A stretch of DNA of 64,000 nucleotides, from contig CAWJTV010000023.1 of assembly GCA_963845755.1 (NCBI GenBank), forward strand, positions 1 to 64,000, given 5' to 3'. The position numbers were made by a program, and so were the translations under genes. The stretch comes from an uncultured Planctomycetota bacterium. Its GTDB lineage: Bacteria; Planctomycetota; Planctomycetia; Isosphaerales; Isosphaeraceae. Shown one piece after another: positions 11,281 through 22,132 of this stretch. Every line of letters begins with the position of its first letter. Within the stretch, counting starts at the first letter, position 1. Under the pieces are notes generated by a model that worked only from the letters and a program-made list of their open reading frames with translations, did not search any database and had not been told where the DNA came from.

Positions 11281-11643
11281 TCAGCGATTTCGTCGGCGTT
11301 CAGGTGTCTCGGACAGGGGGTAATCGCCGATCGGCCGCGGCTCGGCCGATAATTCCCTCAGCCTCAGATAGCCGCGCGTGACTCGCTCCTCTTCTGAGGA
11401 TACGAACTGGGGGTCGAGATGTGTCTTTGCAAACGGGCCATCGAGCACAATTGGAACAAACCCCTCGGCGACGATGAACTGGCCCAACACCGGGTTGCAT
11501 CGAATGTGACGCTCGGGTAGCTGATGGAGGAGCTCGGCCTCCACCTCACCCAGGACAAAGCGCAGATAGAGGTCGGAATCCGTGATCTCCTCGACCTCCC
11601 CGCCGCAGACCGCGCATAGGTAGCCTTGTTCGCATGCGGCCAC
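11281..11643 (-). CDS. Hypothetical Cys/His-rich (possible Zn-binding) protein
   Basis: C-x5-CxxC...HxxC pattern; co-oriented directly downstream of dapB. Confidence 0.7.
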   Translation of the reverse strand: MAACEQGYLCAVCGGEVEEITDSDLYLRFVLGEVEAELLHQLPERHIRCNPVLGQFIVAEGFVPIVLDGPFAKTHLDPQFVSSEEERVTRGYLRLRELSAEPRPIGDYPLSETPERRRNR

Positions 11644-11660
11644 GTTTCATCCCTCTCGGT

Positions 11661-12458
11661 TCAGGCGAGGACATCTTCCATGGAATACAAACCCGCCGTC
11701 TTGCCGGCGAGGAACTTCGCGGCGTCGAGCGCACCTCTCGCGAATCCGTCCCGATTCAGGGCACGATGACTCAGTTCGAGGGTTTCCCCCATGAGTCCAA
11801 AGATGACCGTGTGCTCGCCGGGCGAATCCGCGATCCGGAGAGCGTGGATGCCGATCTCTCCCTCGGCACGGACATCGACCTCTCCGGCATCCGCTGCAAC
11901 GAGCCGACCGCCGGCGCGGCCCTGTCCGGCGAATTCCGCCAGGCGCAAGGCCGTGCCGCTGGGCGCGTCCTTCTTGGTCCGATGATGGCGCTCGATGATC
12001 TCGATGTCGGCCGACCGGCCCAGGACGCGCGCAGCCTCACCCGTCAGTCTCATCAGGAGGTTGACTGCCCGGCTCATGTTGGGGGAGATGAGGATCGGGA
12101 TGCGGCCGGATGTCGACTCCAGCGCGGCTCGCTGTTCCCGGCTGAATCCGGTCGTTCCGACGACGAGCGGCACCTCTCGGCGACGGCACCACTCGCCGAT
12201 CGCCAGGGCCGCCGACGGCGATGAGAAGTCCACCATCACGTTGATTGCGGCCTCGTCCGGGACCGTATGGCCCAGGACGATGCCCATGGGACCCACTCCG
12301 ACCAGAATCCCGGCATCCTCTCCAAGACGAGGATGACCTTCCCGCTCGAGCGCCGCGGCCAATGTCAGCACGGGATCCTCGGCGATCAACTGGATCAACC
12401 GAGCGCCCATCCGCCCTGACGCACCATGGATACCGATCAAGACTTTCGCCTGCGACAC
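11661..12458 (-). CDS. dapB: 4-hydroxy-tetrahydrodipicolinate reductase
   Basis: GASGRMG, VVGTTG, SPNMS, ERHHRTKKDAPSGTA, GEHTVIF. Confidence 0.96.
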   Translation of the reverse strand: MSQAKVLIGIHGASGRMGARLIQLIAEDPVLTLAAALEREGHPRLGEDAGILVGVGPMGIVLGHTVPDEAAINVMVDFSSPSAALAIGEWCRRREVPLVVGTTGFSREQRAALESTSGRIPILISPNMSRAVNLLMRLTGEAARVLGRSADIEIIERHHRTKKDAPSGTALRLAEFAGQGRAGGRLVAADAGEVDVRAEGEIGIHALRIADSPGEHTVIFGLMGETLELSHRALNRDGFARGALDAAKFLAGKTAGLYSMEDVLA

Positions 12459-12714
12459 GCCTCACGGTTCCTTTCTACATCAGGTGGAAATACTCAGTGG
12501 ATGCAAGCACGCAGACGCTAGCGTCACCCTTTGTAACTTGACTCGTCTGGACAGATCCGTCCGATACGTGCCACTCGGCCGTACCCGAGCACTGAGTCCA
12601 GCCTCGAGATTCGCGATTTCGAAAAACCGGGATCGTCTCCCTCGGGAATCTGGAATGTTGAATCGGGAATTGCCTCGTGAGTGCACGCGGCGGGGATACA
12701 ACGAAGGACGAAAA

Positions 12715-14178
12715 CTACTGCGTGCTGCCGACACTCTCTGAGGAATAGAGGGCGATGGTCCGGATGATGTCGTCGAGATCGTTGGCGACGACGACGGGTC
12801 GGTTCGCAAAGCCGGCTCTCTGGACCCCGCGACGACCCAGGACCTGATCGAAAAGTTCCTGGTCGCCACTATGATAAGCAACCGTCGCCGTCGGGTCCTT
12901 GAGCTGATGGCCCGTCAGGATGCAGACCACGCGATCCGTGCGGGCGATCACGCCGTCCTCGCGCAACCTCCGGGCACCGGCGACGCTGGCGGCACTGGCG
13001 GGCTCGCATCCGAGTCCTCCCGCCCCGACCCGCGCCTTCGCATCCATGATCTCCTGGTCCGAGACCGTCTGAACAACCCCGTTGCAGAAGTCCAGGGCTC
13101 GCAAGCACTTCTTAAGATTGACCGGACGGTTGATCTCGATGGCAGACGCGATCGTCGATGCCTTGATCTTCTCCGTGTCGAGATGACTGTAATACGAGTT
13201 GACGGTCGTCATCTCCGGCAAGCCGTTACGCCATTGCAAATGGCGATGTCCCACCAGCTCGTCCAGCGTACGTGCGCCGGCGGCGTTGATGACCGCCATT
13301 CGGGGGATGCGATCGATCAAACCGAGGTGTCTCAGCTCGATCAGTGCCTTGCCGAACGCGCTCGAATTCCCGAGGTTCCCGCCGGGGACGACGATCCAGT
13401 CGGGGACCTCCCATCGCAGGCCCTCCAGGATCCGAAAGATGATCGTCTTCTGCCCTTCGAGCCGGAACGGGTTGATCGAATTCATCAAGTAGATGCCGAG
13501 CCGGTCGGCAACCTGGCGAACACGTTGCATGGCATCATCGAAGTCGCCGACGATCTGGATCGTCAAGGCCCCGTGATCCAGCGCCTGTGCCAACTTTCCA
13601 TAAGCAATCTTTCCCGATCCGATGAAGATGATCGCCCGGAAGCCCAGGTCCGTCGCCGAGCAATACAAGGCCAGCGCCGCGGACGTGTTCCCCGTGCTGG
13701 CACAGGCGACCCGACGCGCAGAAACTATGCGTGCATGAGTAAATGCGGCGGTCATTCCATTATCTTTGAAACTGCCGGAGGGATTCATCCCTTCATACTG
13801 GAGCCAGAAGGAACCGGCTTCGAGCCCGATGTAGCGGCCGACCTTATCAGCGCATTGGAGGAGGGTCTGTCCTTCGCCGATGGTGACGATCGAATCCGGT
13901 GGAGCGAACGGGAGGAGTTCCCGGAATCGCCAGACGCCGGAGAAATTCAGGGGATCGTACCGGGCGGACCATTTGGCCTGGAACTGGTCGAGTCGATGGG
14001 GGACCGGCAAGCGGTCCCAGTCATAGACAACATCGATGAGATCGCCACAGACCGGGCAGGCGAAATGGGTTTCGTTGACCTCAAAGGTCGCGGAGCAGGA
14101 TGGATTGATGCACTGCTGGAACGCGGCAGAAGTTGTCGCGACGGGCCGGTTGATGACGGGACTGGTCGGCTGGGACAT
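12715..14178 (-). CDS. thrC: Threonine synthase
   Basis: [51 protein letters not shown]. Confidence 0.93.
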   Translation of the reverse strand: MSQPTSPVINRPVATTSAAFQQCINPSCSATFEVNETHFACPVCGDLIDVVYDWDRLPVPHRLDQFQAKWSARYDPLNFSGVWRFRELLPFAPPDSIVTIGEGQTLLQCADKVGRYIGLEAGSFWLQYEGMNPSGSFKDNGMTAAFTHARIVSARRVACASTGNTSAALALYCSATDLGFRAIIFIGSGKIAYGKLAQALDHGALTIQIVGDFDDAMQRVRQVADRLGIYLMNSINPFRLEGQKTIIFRILEGLRWEVPDWIVVPGGNLGNSSAFGKALIELRHLGLIDRIPRMAVINAAGARTLDELVGHRHLQWRNGLPEMTTVNSYYSHLDTEKIKASTIASAIEINRPVNLKKCLRALDFCNGVVQTVSDQEIMDAKARVGAGGLGCEPASAASVAGARRLREDGVIARTDRVVCILTGHQLKDPTATVAYHSGDQELFDQVLGRRGVQRAGFANRPVVVANDLDDIIRTIALYSSESVGSTQ

Positions 14179-14503
14179 CGCTCGTTTTCTTCCTCGCGCC
14201 CGACACGTCCTCACCTCGAGGAGCGGCGGATTGTCCATCGGCCGGTTCGTCGCCGGCCGCCGCGGGAGGCAACGCATTTCCGGCTCGCTCGGCCCTCTCT
14301 CACTCTAACGGCCAGTGGCCGCCAACGACAAGCGAGAAACCCCGCTTGCTCGGGAAGCCCGCCGCCCCCCAACGCGATCCGCAACCAAGTTCCCGGCTCA
14401 CCGGATCCGTCGGGGACCCATTCCCGAACCGTCCGGGCAAGAAGCCGCGTCCCGAATTCTTTGTTGAACCGAGAATTCAATTGAATGAACCTGACAAGCG
14501 GGC

Positions 14504-14532
14504 TTGACGCGTTGTAGGCATAAATGTATTAT
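14504..14532 (+). promoter_or_regulatory. Sigma70-type promoter for the ArsR gene
   Basis: TTGACG (14504-14509), 17 bp spacer, TATTAT (14527-14532); perfect palindrome ATTCAATTGAAT at 14475-14486 just upstream. Confidence 0.6.
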
Positions 14533-14623
14533 AAGCTGTAGTGATCCTTAACTGGGTGCCCGCGCAGAGTTCGCGGGAGTCCGTTGACCGAAACCCAAAC
14601 AGGCTTGCCATCTGGGGAAAACC

Positions 14624-14971
14624 ATGCCTCCCTCTTCGGCCAAATCATCGACCTCATCCCGAAGTTCGAAGTCCGCGAGTGCAGCCGGCCCCCGTCCGAC
14701 GGCCGAGATCCGTCGCGTCGCGGAGCTGCTCAAGCAGGTCTCGGATCCGACCCGCCTCCAGGTTCTCATGCTACTCAATGAAAAAGAACGAAACGTAACC
14801 GAGCTTTGCGCCGATCTTGGCACGCAAAGCCAACCGGCGGTCAGTCATCACCTGGCGTTGCTGCGCCACGGCCGCCTGATCGAGCCCCGCCGGTCGGGCA
14901 AGCATAACTTCTATGCTCTCACCGATGCCGGGCGAGAGCTGGCACAGGTGGTCAACTCGGTTGTGACCTGA
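14624..14971 (+). CDS. ArsR/SmtB family transcriptional regulator
   Basis: SDPTRLQVL, NVTEL, SQPAVSHHLALLR, RRSGK..FYAL. Confidence 0.92.
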   Translation: MPPSSAKSSTSSRSSKSASAAGPRPTAEIRRVAELLKQVSDPTRLQVLMLLNEKERNVTELCADLGTQSQPAVSHHLALLRHGRLIEPRRSGKHNFYALTDAGRELAQVVNSVVT

Positions 14972-15250
14972 TTCCCTCCGTCGTTCGCCCCATCGGAATT
15001 GTCGGATCGAATTCGGGAGGGCGCGACGCAATCTCAGCCTCGCCCTCCCGACTCGTTACCCTGGCGAGTCGAAGCCTCCCGGGGCATTCTGGTCCGGGCT
15101 CGCCGGAGAGAGACGGCTAGCTGGCGGTCGAATATTGCTGGATGCTGTGAACATCTTCTCCAGATCAGCGAATTCGTGTGAATCGGGGACTTCGGCCCGG
15201 GAATTCGTCTCGGATCGAGTCGCGGTCACGCTACCCGCCGTCGACGACGA

Positions 15251-15898
15251 TCACGCCACCGGTCGGGCCGAGGATCCCGCGACTACGGGTCTGAGTGCGC
15301 GGGCCGTCCAGGATTCGCCGTCAAACCCGAGATCATGGACCGACGCGAAGTCGATGGCGATCCGGTCGAAGTCCGAGGGGGCGAACTCGGCGACCAGGCT
15401 GGTCAGTGCCACGCGGATCACCACGCCATGGGCCACGACGATGATGGTTGCGCCGCGATGGCGTTCGGCCAGTTCCTGAAAGATGGGGACGACGCGGCGT
15501 CGGATGTCTGCGAACGACTCGCCGCCTGGGTGTGTGAATTCGAGTTCGCCGACCATCCAGTGGGATTTCGTCTCCGCGTAAGTTGCCCAGCCGTCCTCAC
15601 GCGACACCCCGCTCAGAGGGCCGATCCGCCGCTCGTGCAGGGCCTCGATGATATGTGGCTCCAGTCCGCAGGCACGGCCTATGGGAACCGCCGTATCGAC
15701 GGCACGGCGCAGGCCCGAGCAGTAGAGCGCCGTCGCATCCGCCGCCTCCAGCCATCGGCCCAGTTGCTCGGCCTGCCGGGCTCCCCGGTCGCTCAGACCG
15801 ATGTCGGACTCGGCGCCGTGGAAGCGATCGGGCGCCGAGGTCTCGGCGTGCCGCGCCAGAAGAATCCGTGTTGCCGTCATGGTCTTGCCCATCGTCAC
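15251..15898 (-). CDS. Histidine phosphatase (phosphoglycerate-mutase-like) family protein
   Basis: LARHAET, SGLRRAVDTA, LHER, GGES, VAHGVVIR. Confidence 0.9.
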   Translation of the reverse strand: MTMGKTMTATRILLARHAETSAPDRFHGAESDIGLSDRGARQAEQLGRWLEAADATALYCSGLRRAVDTAVPIGRACGLEPHIIEALHERRIGPLSGVSREDGWATYAETKSHWMVGELEFTHPGGESFADIRRRVVPIFQELAERHRGATIIVVAHGVVIRVALTSLVAEFAPSDFDRIAIDFASVHDLGFDGESWTARALRPVVAGSSARPVA

Positions 15899-16189
15899 GG
15901 TCTGATCCAGGGTTGGGACTCCTTCCTCCCGTCGCCCGAAGTTGGGGTAGGTGCCTCCTGGCTTGACGACGGGATTCTAGGTAAGCTGTCAATGTCAACG
16001 GAATTCCGGCGGCTCGGGAGTCAGCCGACGTCATCTCGTGGGCCGTCTCCGCCGCCGGTTCCCCTCATCGACTCGACGCCTTTCGATTCGCCGCCTTGCG
16101 GAGTCGTACTCCAGGATCAGCGTGGCACGTCGATCCCGGTCCCCCGCATCGTTCGCGGACGCCCTCTCCAGTGCAAGGGGAATCCTCTC

Positions 16190-16791
16190 GTGGAAGAACG
16201 TCACCGATACCGTTCCATTCTCTTATTCGGAATGCCCGGCAGTGGCAAGGGGACTCAGGGAGCCGTCCTGGGCCAGCTTCCCAGCTTCGTCCATATCTCG
16301 ATGGGCGACGTGTTCCGCAAGACCCCCCGCAACGGCAAGTTCGGCGCGAGATCGAGCACTACACCTCCCAGGGGCGGATGGTCCCCGACGACCTCACCGT
16401 GCGAATCTTCGAACGCCACCTGAACATCCTCGAGATGCAGGAGATGATCATCCCCGAGCAGCATACCCTGGTGCTCGACGGACTGCCGCGAAACTGCACG
16501 CAGGCCGAACGGCTGGCCGGTTTCATCGACGTGCTCCAGATCTTTCACCTCAAGCTTTATGACACGGACAAGCTGGTGGAACGGCTGCAGGCTCGTGCCC
16601 TGAGTGAGAACCGGCTCGACGACATGAGCGAGGACGTCATCCACCGGCGGCTCGAGGCCTATCATGAGGAGACCTTCAAGACGCTGAGCCTCTATCCCAA
16701 CGAGCTGGTCCTCGAGGTCGATGCCAGCCGACGGGCGATCGACGTGCTCTGCGACATTTCCAGCCGGCTTGCCGAGATCAACCGCCCTTGA
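16190..16791 (+). CDS. adk: Adenylate kinase family protein, copy 1 (1-bp deletion near 16345)
   Basis: GTG start; FGMPGSGKGTQ P-loop then LDGLPR in the next frame; alignment with copy 2 locates the missing base. Confidence 0.82.
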
Positions 16792-16815
16792 GAATCATCC
16801 GTCTGAGGACTCGAC

Positions 16816-17436
16816 ATGGTGGAAGAACGTCACAGGTATCGCTCGATCATCTTGTTCGGTATGCCAGGAAGTGGCAAGGGGACACAAGGAGCCGTCCTCG
16901 GCCAACTCCCCAGCCTCGTCCACATCTCGATGGGCGACGTGTTCCGCAAGATCCCTCGCAACGGCAAATTCGGGCGGGAGATCGAGCACTACACTTCCCA
17001 GGGCCTGATGGTCCCCGACGACCTCACCGTGCGAATCTTCGAACGCCACCTGAACATCCTCGAGATGCAGGAGGCGATCATCCCCGAGCAGCATACCCTG
17101 GTGCTCGACGGGCTGCCGCGAAGTTACGCACAGGCCGAGCGGCTGGCGGACTTCATCGACGTGCTCCAGATCTTCCACCTCAAGATCGACAACACGGCCA
17201 TGGCGATCGAACGGCTCCGCGCCCGCGCCTTGCGTGAGAACCGTCTCGACGATATGAGCGAAGACGTGATCAGGCGCCGGCTCCAGACCTACTATGACGA
17301 GACCTTCCAGACGCTCAGCTTCTACGCCACCGATTTGATATTCGACATCGACGCCGGCCGGCGGATGATCGATGTCCTCTGCGACATCGCCAAACGCCTC
17401 GCCGCGATCACGCGTCCCGAGGTCCAGGCACACTGA
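16816..17436 (+). CDS. adk: Adenylate kinase family protein, copy 2 (short-LID type)
   Basis: GMPGSGKGTQ, HISMGDVFR, MVPDD, LDGLPR, RLDD. Confidence 0.88.
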   Translation: MVEERHRYRSIILFGMPGSGKGTQGAVLGQLPSLVHISMGDVFRKIPRNGKFGREIEHYTSQGLMVPDDLTVRIFERHLNILEMQEAIIPEQHTLVLDGLPRSYAQAERLADFIDVLQIFHLKIDNTAMAIERLRARALRENRLDDMSEDVIRRRLQTYYDETFQTLSFYATDLIFDIDAGRRMIDVLCDIAKRLAAITRPEVQAH

Positions 17437-17526
17437 TTCGGAGATGCGGTTGAGTCTGTCTGGATCGCCGGCGCAGGATCGGCCCGCGCCCGCTCACTTC
17501 CACCCTCCGACGGAGCACGAACGGTT

Positions 17527-19791
17527 ATGGCGGCCCCCGCGACCCCTGGCGACGAAACCACCCGGCCCTCGGGCAGTTCCGATACGCCCTCCTTCCAACC
17601 CTATATTCCCGACAAGGCCGAGTTGCCCGAGTTGACCTGGGCGCCCGTGGTCGTGGGCTCGCTCCTGGGCATCGTCTTCGGCGCATCGTCGCTCTATCTC
17701 TTCCTCAAGGTCGGCATGACCGTGTCGGCGTCCATCCCGGTGGCGGTGCTCGCGATCACGATATTCCGCGGCCTGTCGCACGCCTTCGGTATCCGTCGGG
17801 CGACGATCCTGGAGAACAATATCGTCCAGACGGCCGGCTCCGCAGGCGAATCGATCGCCTTCGGGGTCGGCGCCACGATGCCGGCCCTGATGCTGCTGGG
17901 CTACGAGCTGGAGTGGACGCGCGTCATGCTCGTGGCGGTGCTCGGGGGGTTGCTCGGCATCCTGATGATGATCCCGTTGCGCCGGGCCTTCATCGTCAAG
18001 CAGCACGGAGTACTGCCCTATCCCGAGGGGACCGCGTGCGCCAAGGTGCTGATCGTCGGCGAACAGGGAGGTTCGAATGCCCGATCCGTATTCCTGGGAT
18101 TTGGCGTCGGCTTTTTCTATCAGATCCTGATGCAGGCGACGAAGTTCTGGGCCGGCGAGTGGCAGAAGCCGATTACCGGAATCACGGGCTACAACAAGGC
18201 TGTGGTCTCGCTGGAACCGTCGCCGGCGCTCTTGGGCGTCGGCTACATCATCGGGCCCCGAATCTCCTCGGTGTTGGTCGGCGGCGGGCTGCTCACCTCG
18301 CTGCTCCTGGTGCCGATGATCGCCTACTTCGGCGAAAACTTGCCGAGTGTCCTGCCACCGGGTCAGCAGAGGATCGCCGAGATGAGCGCCGGGGCCATCT
18401 CCGGCCAGTACGTGCGTTACATCGGTGCCGGCGCGGTGGCGACGGGCGGCATCCTGAGCATGATCAACGCGCTTCCCCTGATCGTGGCCTCGGTGACCGG
18501 CAGTCTTCGAGACCTCCGATCCGGCAAGAGCGGGGATGAAGGAGGTGTCGCCCGCACCGAGCGCGACCTGCCCATGGCCGTGGTCATCTTCGGCTCGCTG
18601 GGGCTGGTTCTGGCCGTCGCGGCATCCCACCTGATCCCCACCGACCTCCCTGGCCGGCTCATCGGCGGCACGATGATCGTGCTCTTCGGCTTCTTATTCG
18701 TGACGGTCAGCTCGCGGATCACGGGCGTGATCGGCTCGTCATCGAACCCGATCTCCGGCATGACCATCGCCACCTTGCTGTTGACCTGCCTGATCTTCGT
18801 CCTGCTGGGCTGGGTCGGCCCGGAATACCGCATCACGGCGCTCTCGATTGCGGGTGTCGTCTGCATCGCGTCTTCTAATGCGGGAACGACCTCGCAGGAC
18901 CTCAAGACCGGCTACCTGGTCGGGGCGACGCCCTGGAAACAGCAGGTCTCGATCCTCGTCGGGGCGCTGGTATCTGCGGTCGTCATGGGAGGCACGCTCC
19001 TGCTCTTGAACGCCGCGTATACGACCGTCACGGACGACCCCGCCGAGCTGCCCAAGATCAAGGCGCCGGTCAGTGAATTGAAAGGGACGGATATCGGGCC
19101 CGATGGGAAAACGTATCAAGTCTGGTGGGTGACGAACCCCCGGCCCGGTGCGCAGCCGGGCAAGTACCTTTGCGACGAGTCGGGACAGGTCCGATACAAC
19201 AAAGACCCCGGCATCGGCGGACGACTGACCAAGACCGCGTCGGGGACGCAGATCCAGAAATTCAACCCACCCCAGCCCCGGCTGTTCGCGACCCTGATCG
19301 AAGGGATCATGTCCAAGGAGCTCCCGTGGGGATTGGTGATCCTCGGCGCGGTGCTGGCGATCGTGATGCAACTGGCCGGGGTCTCGGCGCTAGCGTTCGC
19401 CGTCGGCGTCTACCTTCCGCTAGCGACCACGTTGCCGATCTTCGTCGGGGGCGTGCTCCGCGGGTTCGTCGATCGCGCACGCCGGTTCACTACTGAAGAG
19501 GGCGAGACCAGCCCCGGCACGCTGATGTCCACCGGCCTGATCGCCGGCGGATCGCTGGCCGGCATCATCATCGCGCTCCTGGTCGTGTTCGAGGAGTTCG
19601 GCAAGACGATCGATTTCTCGATCAAATCTCCCGGCGGCGAGCCCGGCTACTATATCCCGGCGATCCGCGCCTTTGCCGTGATGGTGGCCGTCCTGCTCGT
19701 CGTCGGCCTCAGCGGCAAGCGGCCGATCGCGGGCGCGACGGGGAAAGGCGAGACGGCGGAGTTCGGCGAGATCGGCGCCGAGGATCGGTAG
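17527..19791 (+). CDS. OPT family oligopeptide transporter
   Basis: LKVGMTVSASIP, ENNIVQT, YPEGTA, SSNPISG, QDLKTG, VGVYLP. Confidence 0.93.
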   Translation: MAAPATPGDETTRPSGSSDTPSFQPYIPDKAELPELTWAPVVVGSLLGIVFGASSLYLFLKVGMTVSASIPVAVLAITIFRGLSHAFGIRRATILENNIVQTAGSAGESIAFGVGATMPALMLLGYELEWTRVMLVAVLGGLLGILMMIPLRRAFIVKQHGVLPYPEGTACAKVLIVGEQGGSNARSVFLGFGVGFFYQILMQATKFWAGEWQKPITGITGYNKAVVSLEPSPALLGVGYIIGPRISSVLVGGGLLTSLLLVPMIAYFGENLPSVLPPGQQRIAEMSAGAISGQYVRYIGAGAVATGGILSMINALPLIVASVTGSLRDLRSGKSGDEGGVARTERDLPMAVVIFGSLGLVLAVAASHLIPTDLPGRLIGGTMIVLFGFLFVTVSSRITGVIGSSSNPISGMTIATLLLTCLIFVLLGWVGPEYRITALSIAGVVCIASSNAGTTSQDLKTGYLVGATPWKQQVSILVGALVSAVVMGGTLLLLNAAYTTVTDDPAELPKIKAPVSELKGTDIGPDGKTYQVWWVTNPRPGAQPGKYLCDESGQVRYNKDPGIGGRLTKTASGTQIQKFNPPQPRLFATLIEGIMSKELPWGLVILGAVLAIVMQLAGVSALAFAVGVYLPLATTLPIFVGGVLRGFVDRARRFTTEEGETSPGTLMSTGLIAGGSLAGIIIALLVVFEEFGKTIDFSIKSPGGEPGYYIPAIRAFAVMVAVLLVVGLSGKRPIAGATGKGETAEFGEIGAEDR

Positions 19792-19805
19792 GCGTGAACC
19801 GGATC

Positions 19806-19866
19806 GGCAGGTCAGACTCTCCAGACTGGCGGCGGCGGTTCGTCAGCCTGGAGAGTCTGACCTACC
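19806..19866. repeat. GTAG-type REP-like inverted repeat (possible terminator of the OPT gene)
   Basis: GGCAGGTCAGACTCTCCAGACTG / CAGCCTGGAGAGTCTGACCTACC, 23-bp arms. Confidence 0.7.
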
Positions 19867-20118
19867 GCGGCCTTCGGCCGCAACTCAAGAGGGATTCCCA
19901 ATTCGAGATTCCGGATTCCTGAAGGGGAACGATGCCGGAATCGGGAATCGCGAATCCGGAATTCGGAATCCCCAGAGGCGCGGACGGCGCAGGGATCCTA
20001 CCGAGGAAGACTCTACGTTTTTTCGGGACTGCGCCCGAAAAAATGGCCCCTGCGGGGCAGTTGAATTAAAAGTCAACCATCGACAACAAATTGTCGATGG
20101 GCGGCCCATAAGGGCCTA
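19862..20118 (+). mobile_element. CTA-bounded composite repeat (module B about 150 bp + module A about 100 bp)
   Basis: CTA at 19862, 20013 and 20116; closely matches the reverse complement of 51187-51439. Confidence 0.8.
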
Positions 20119-21287
20119 TGGACCCTTCACGCAACGAAACCCCAGATGATTGCTGCCGCTGGAGACCTCGCCCTTGCCGCGGGTGCCGATCATATAGCGC
20201 GTGCAGTATTGTTCGGTGCACAGGAACGACCCGCCGCGATGCACACGCTTGGCCTGACCAGGCTCGGCGGGATCGAAACTGCTTGACGGTCCCTGGGGAT
20301 TGTGAGCAACTCGGCCCTCCGCAGCACTCTGGGCGTAGGCATCCGGACGATACCAATCCGAGCACCACTCCCAAACGTTGCCGGCCATGTCGTACAACCC
20401 GTAACCATTCGGCGGGAACTGGGCGACGGGAGCGATGCCCGCGAACCTGTCCTCGCCCAGGTCCTTCACGGGAAACTCTCCTTGCCACGTGTTGGCCATC
20501 CAAGAGCCGCCAGGCTGAAGCTCGGCGCCCAGGCATAGGGCTGGCCGGTGAGCCCGCCGCGCGCGGCGAACTCCCACTCCGCCTCGGTGGGGAGCCGCTT
20601 CCCGGCCCATCGGGCATAAGCCTCGGCGTCCTGATACGCGATGTGAACCACCGGATGATTCCCCCGGCCTTCGATGCCGCTGGATGGCCCCTCGGGGTGG
20701 CGCCAGCAGGCCCCCTTAACATAGCTCCACCACCGGTAATGGTTGTCGAGGGGCACCGGTTGCGATGGTCGCGTGAACACGACGGAGCCGACAACGAGGT
20801 TCTCCGCCGGCGCGCCAGGGAACTCCGCTGCCGTGGGCGTGCGCTCGGCGACCGTCACATGGCGGGTGGCCTGGACGAACGCCTCGAACTGGTCGTTCGT
20901 GACCTCGGCTCGATCCATCCAGAATCCGTCCACACGAACTCGATGGATCGGCCGGGCGTCCGCCATTCCATCCGGGCCGCCGTGCGGAAGGCCGCGCGGG
21001 TCGAGGCACCCCATAGAGAACTCGCCGCCGGGAATCCAGACCATGCCGAGCGGAGAAGAGCCGGGCGGGTTGGTACCGTCGGGATCGGTCCGCGCGAACT
21101 CGCTCGCCGACTCAATCGGAGGAGTTTCCGATTCCGGCCGATGCGGGCGGACCGGCGGAGCACCTCCGTATCTCATGGCCGCCCACGTTAGTCCGGCGCT
21201 GGCGAGGAAGAGACCCACCCGCCAGAGCCAGGTCTTCAAAGGACCGCCTGACTGCCGCTCATTCGCATGGTCGGTTGTCTTAGCCAT
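20116..21287 (-). CDS. Formylglycine-generating enzyme (SUMF1/FGE-sulfatase) family protein, frameshift near 20520
   Basis: [34 protein letters not shown]; then [28 protein letters not shown]. Confidence 0.9.
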
Positions 21288-21430
21288 GGATGAAGAGAAG
21301 TCCGGCACGGTCTGAAATCGTCGAGAGGCGCATCCGCCACGGAAGACCCGATTCTAACATCCCATCCGGTTTGGATCACGCCATTCGGTAGGATGCCATC
21401 GGGGACCGCGCCGCAGATCGGACGCGGACA

Positions 21431-22018
21431 TCAAGCCGTCGCCGCTCTGGGCATCGCACGCAGCGCCAGACCCAGAGCGATCCAGTTGAACCCGCGGAAG
21501 ATCAGGTTGATCCCCACGAATAAACCGATCACCCACAGGGCCGAGGCCGGCAACTCTTGCCAGATGAGTACGCCGAGGATCACGTCAATGATCCCGCTGG
21601 CTAGCGACCAGCCCCAGGCTGCGAACCGATAGGTCAGCGCAGCGACGATCTTGAATATCCCGCTGACCATCAAGAAACACGCCACCAGGAGCGTCAAGGC
21701 TAACAGAGCGTCAACCGGGGCTCGAAGGAACAAGACCCCGACGACGATCGACAACACGCCGGAAAGCAGGTGCAAGAAGAATCCGCTCCATCCACGGCAC
21801 CAGAACGCTCCCAAGACTTCGGCCGCTCCCCCGAGGAGGAGCAGCATGCCGATCGCCACGGCCGCCGCCAGAGATGCGATCGCAACTGACCCCAGAGCGA
21901 TGAACCCCAGGACGAGCAGCGCAACGCCCAGGACGACGAACCAGATCCAGTTGCCGCGGAGTGCGTTCAACTCGTGACGCAGCTCCGCCATGAGTGGACG
22001 ATCAAGACCTGTGTTCAT
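21431..22018 (-). CDS. HdeD/DUF308 family membrane protein
   Basis: Six hydrophobic segments; 'WIWFVVLGV', 'WVIGLFVGINLIFRG'. Confidence 0.85.
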   Translation of the reverse strand: MNTGLDRPLMAELRHELNALRGNWIWFVVLGVALLVLGFIALGSVAIASLAAAVAIGMLLLLGGAAEVLGAFWCRGWSGFFLHLLSGVLSIVVGVLFLRAPVDALLALTLLVACFLMVSGIFKIVAALTYRFAAWGWSLASGIIDVILGVLIWQELPASALWVIGLFVGINLIFRGFNWIALGLALRAMPRAATA

Positions 22019-22132
22019 TACTGAGACCCTCGACAGAAAGGGGCTTCAGACCATCGAAACGCGTCACGGTGCCCACCCTTCGAGGTCCGTGGCCGAGACC
22101 TCTGTGGCCTTGACCCACAAACATCCGCGCTT

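Noticed and set aside
12598..12675. Degenerate GATTC/GAATC heptamer patch as another module-B copy
   Set aside because: Lacks the CTA ends and the terminal hairpin; too diverged to assign
12871..14484. Long antisense ORFs (also 5631-6998, 29238-30608, 53561-55324, 58148-59428)
   Set aside because: Shadow frames of real genes in high-GC DNA, with no recognisable motifs
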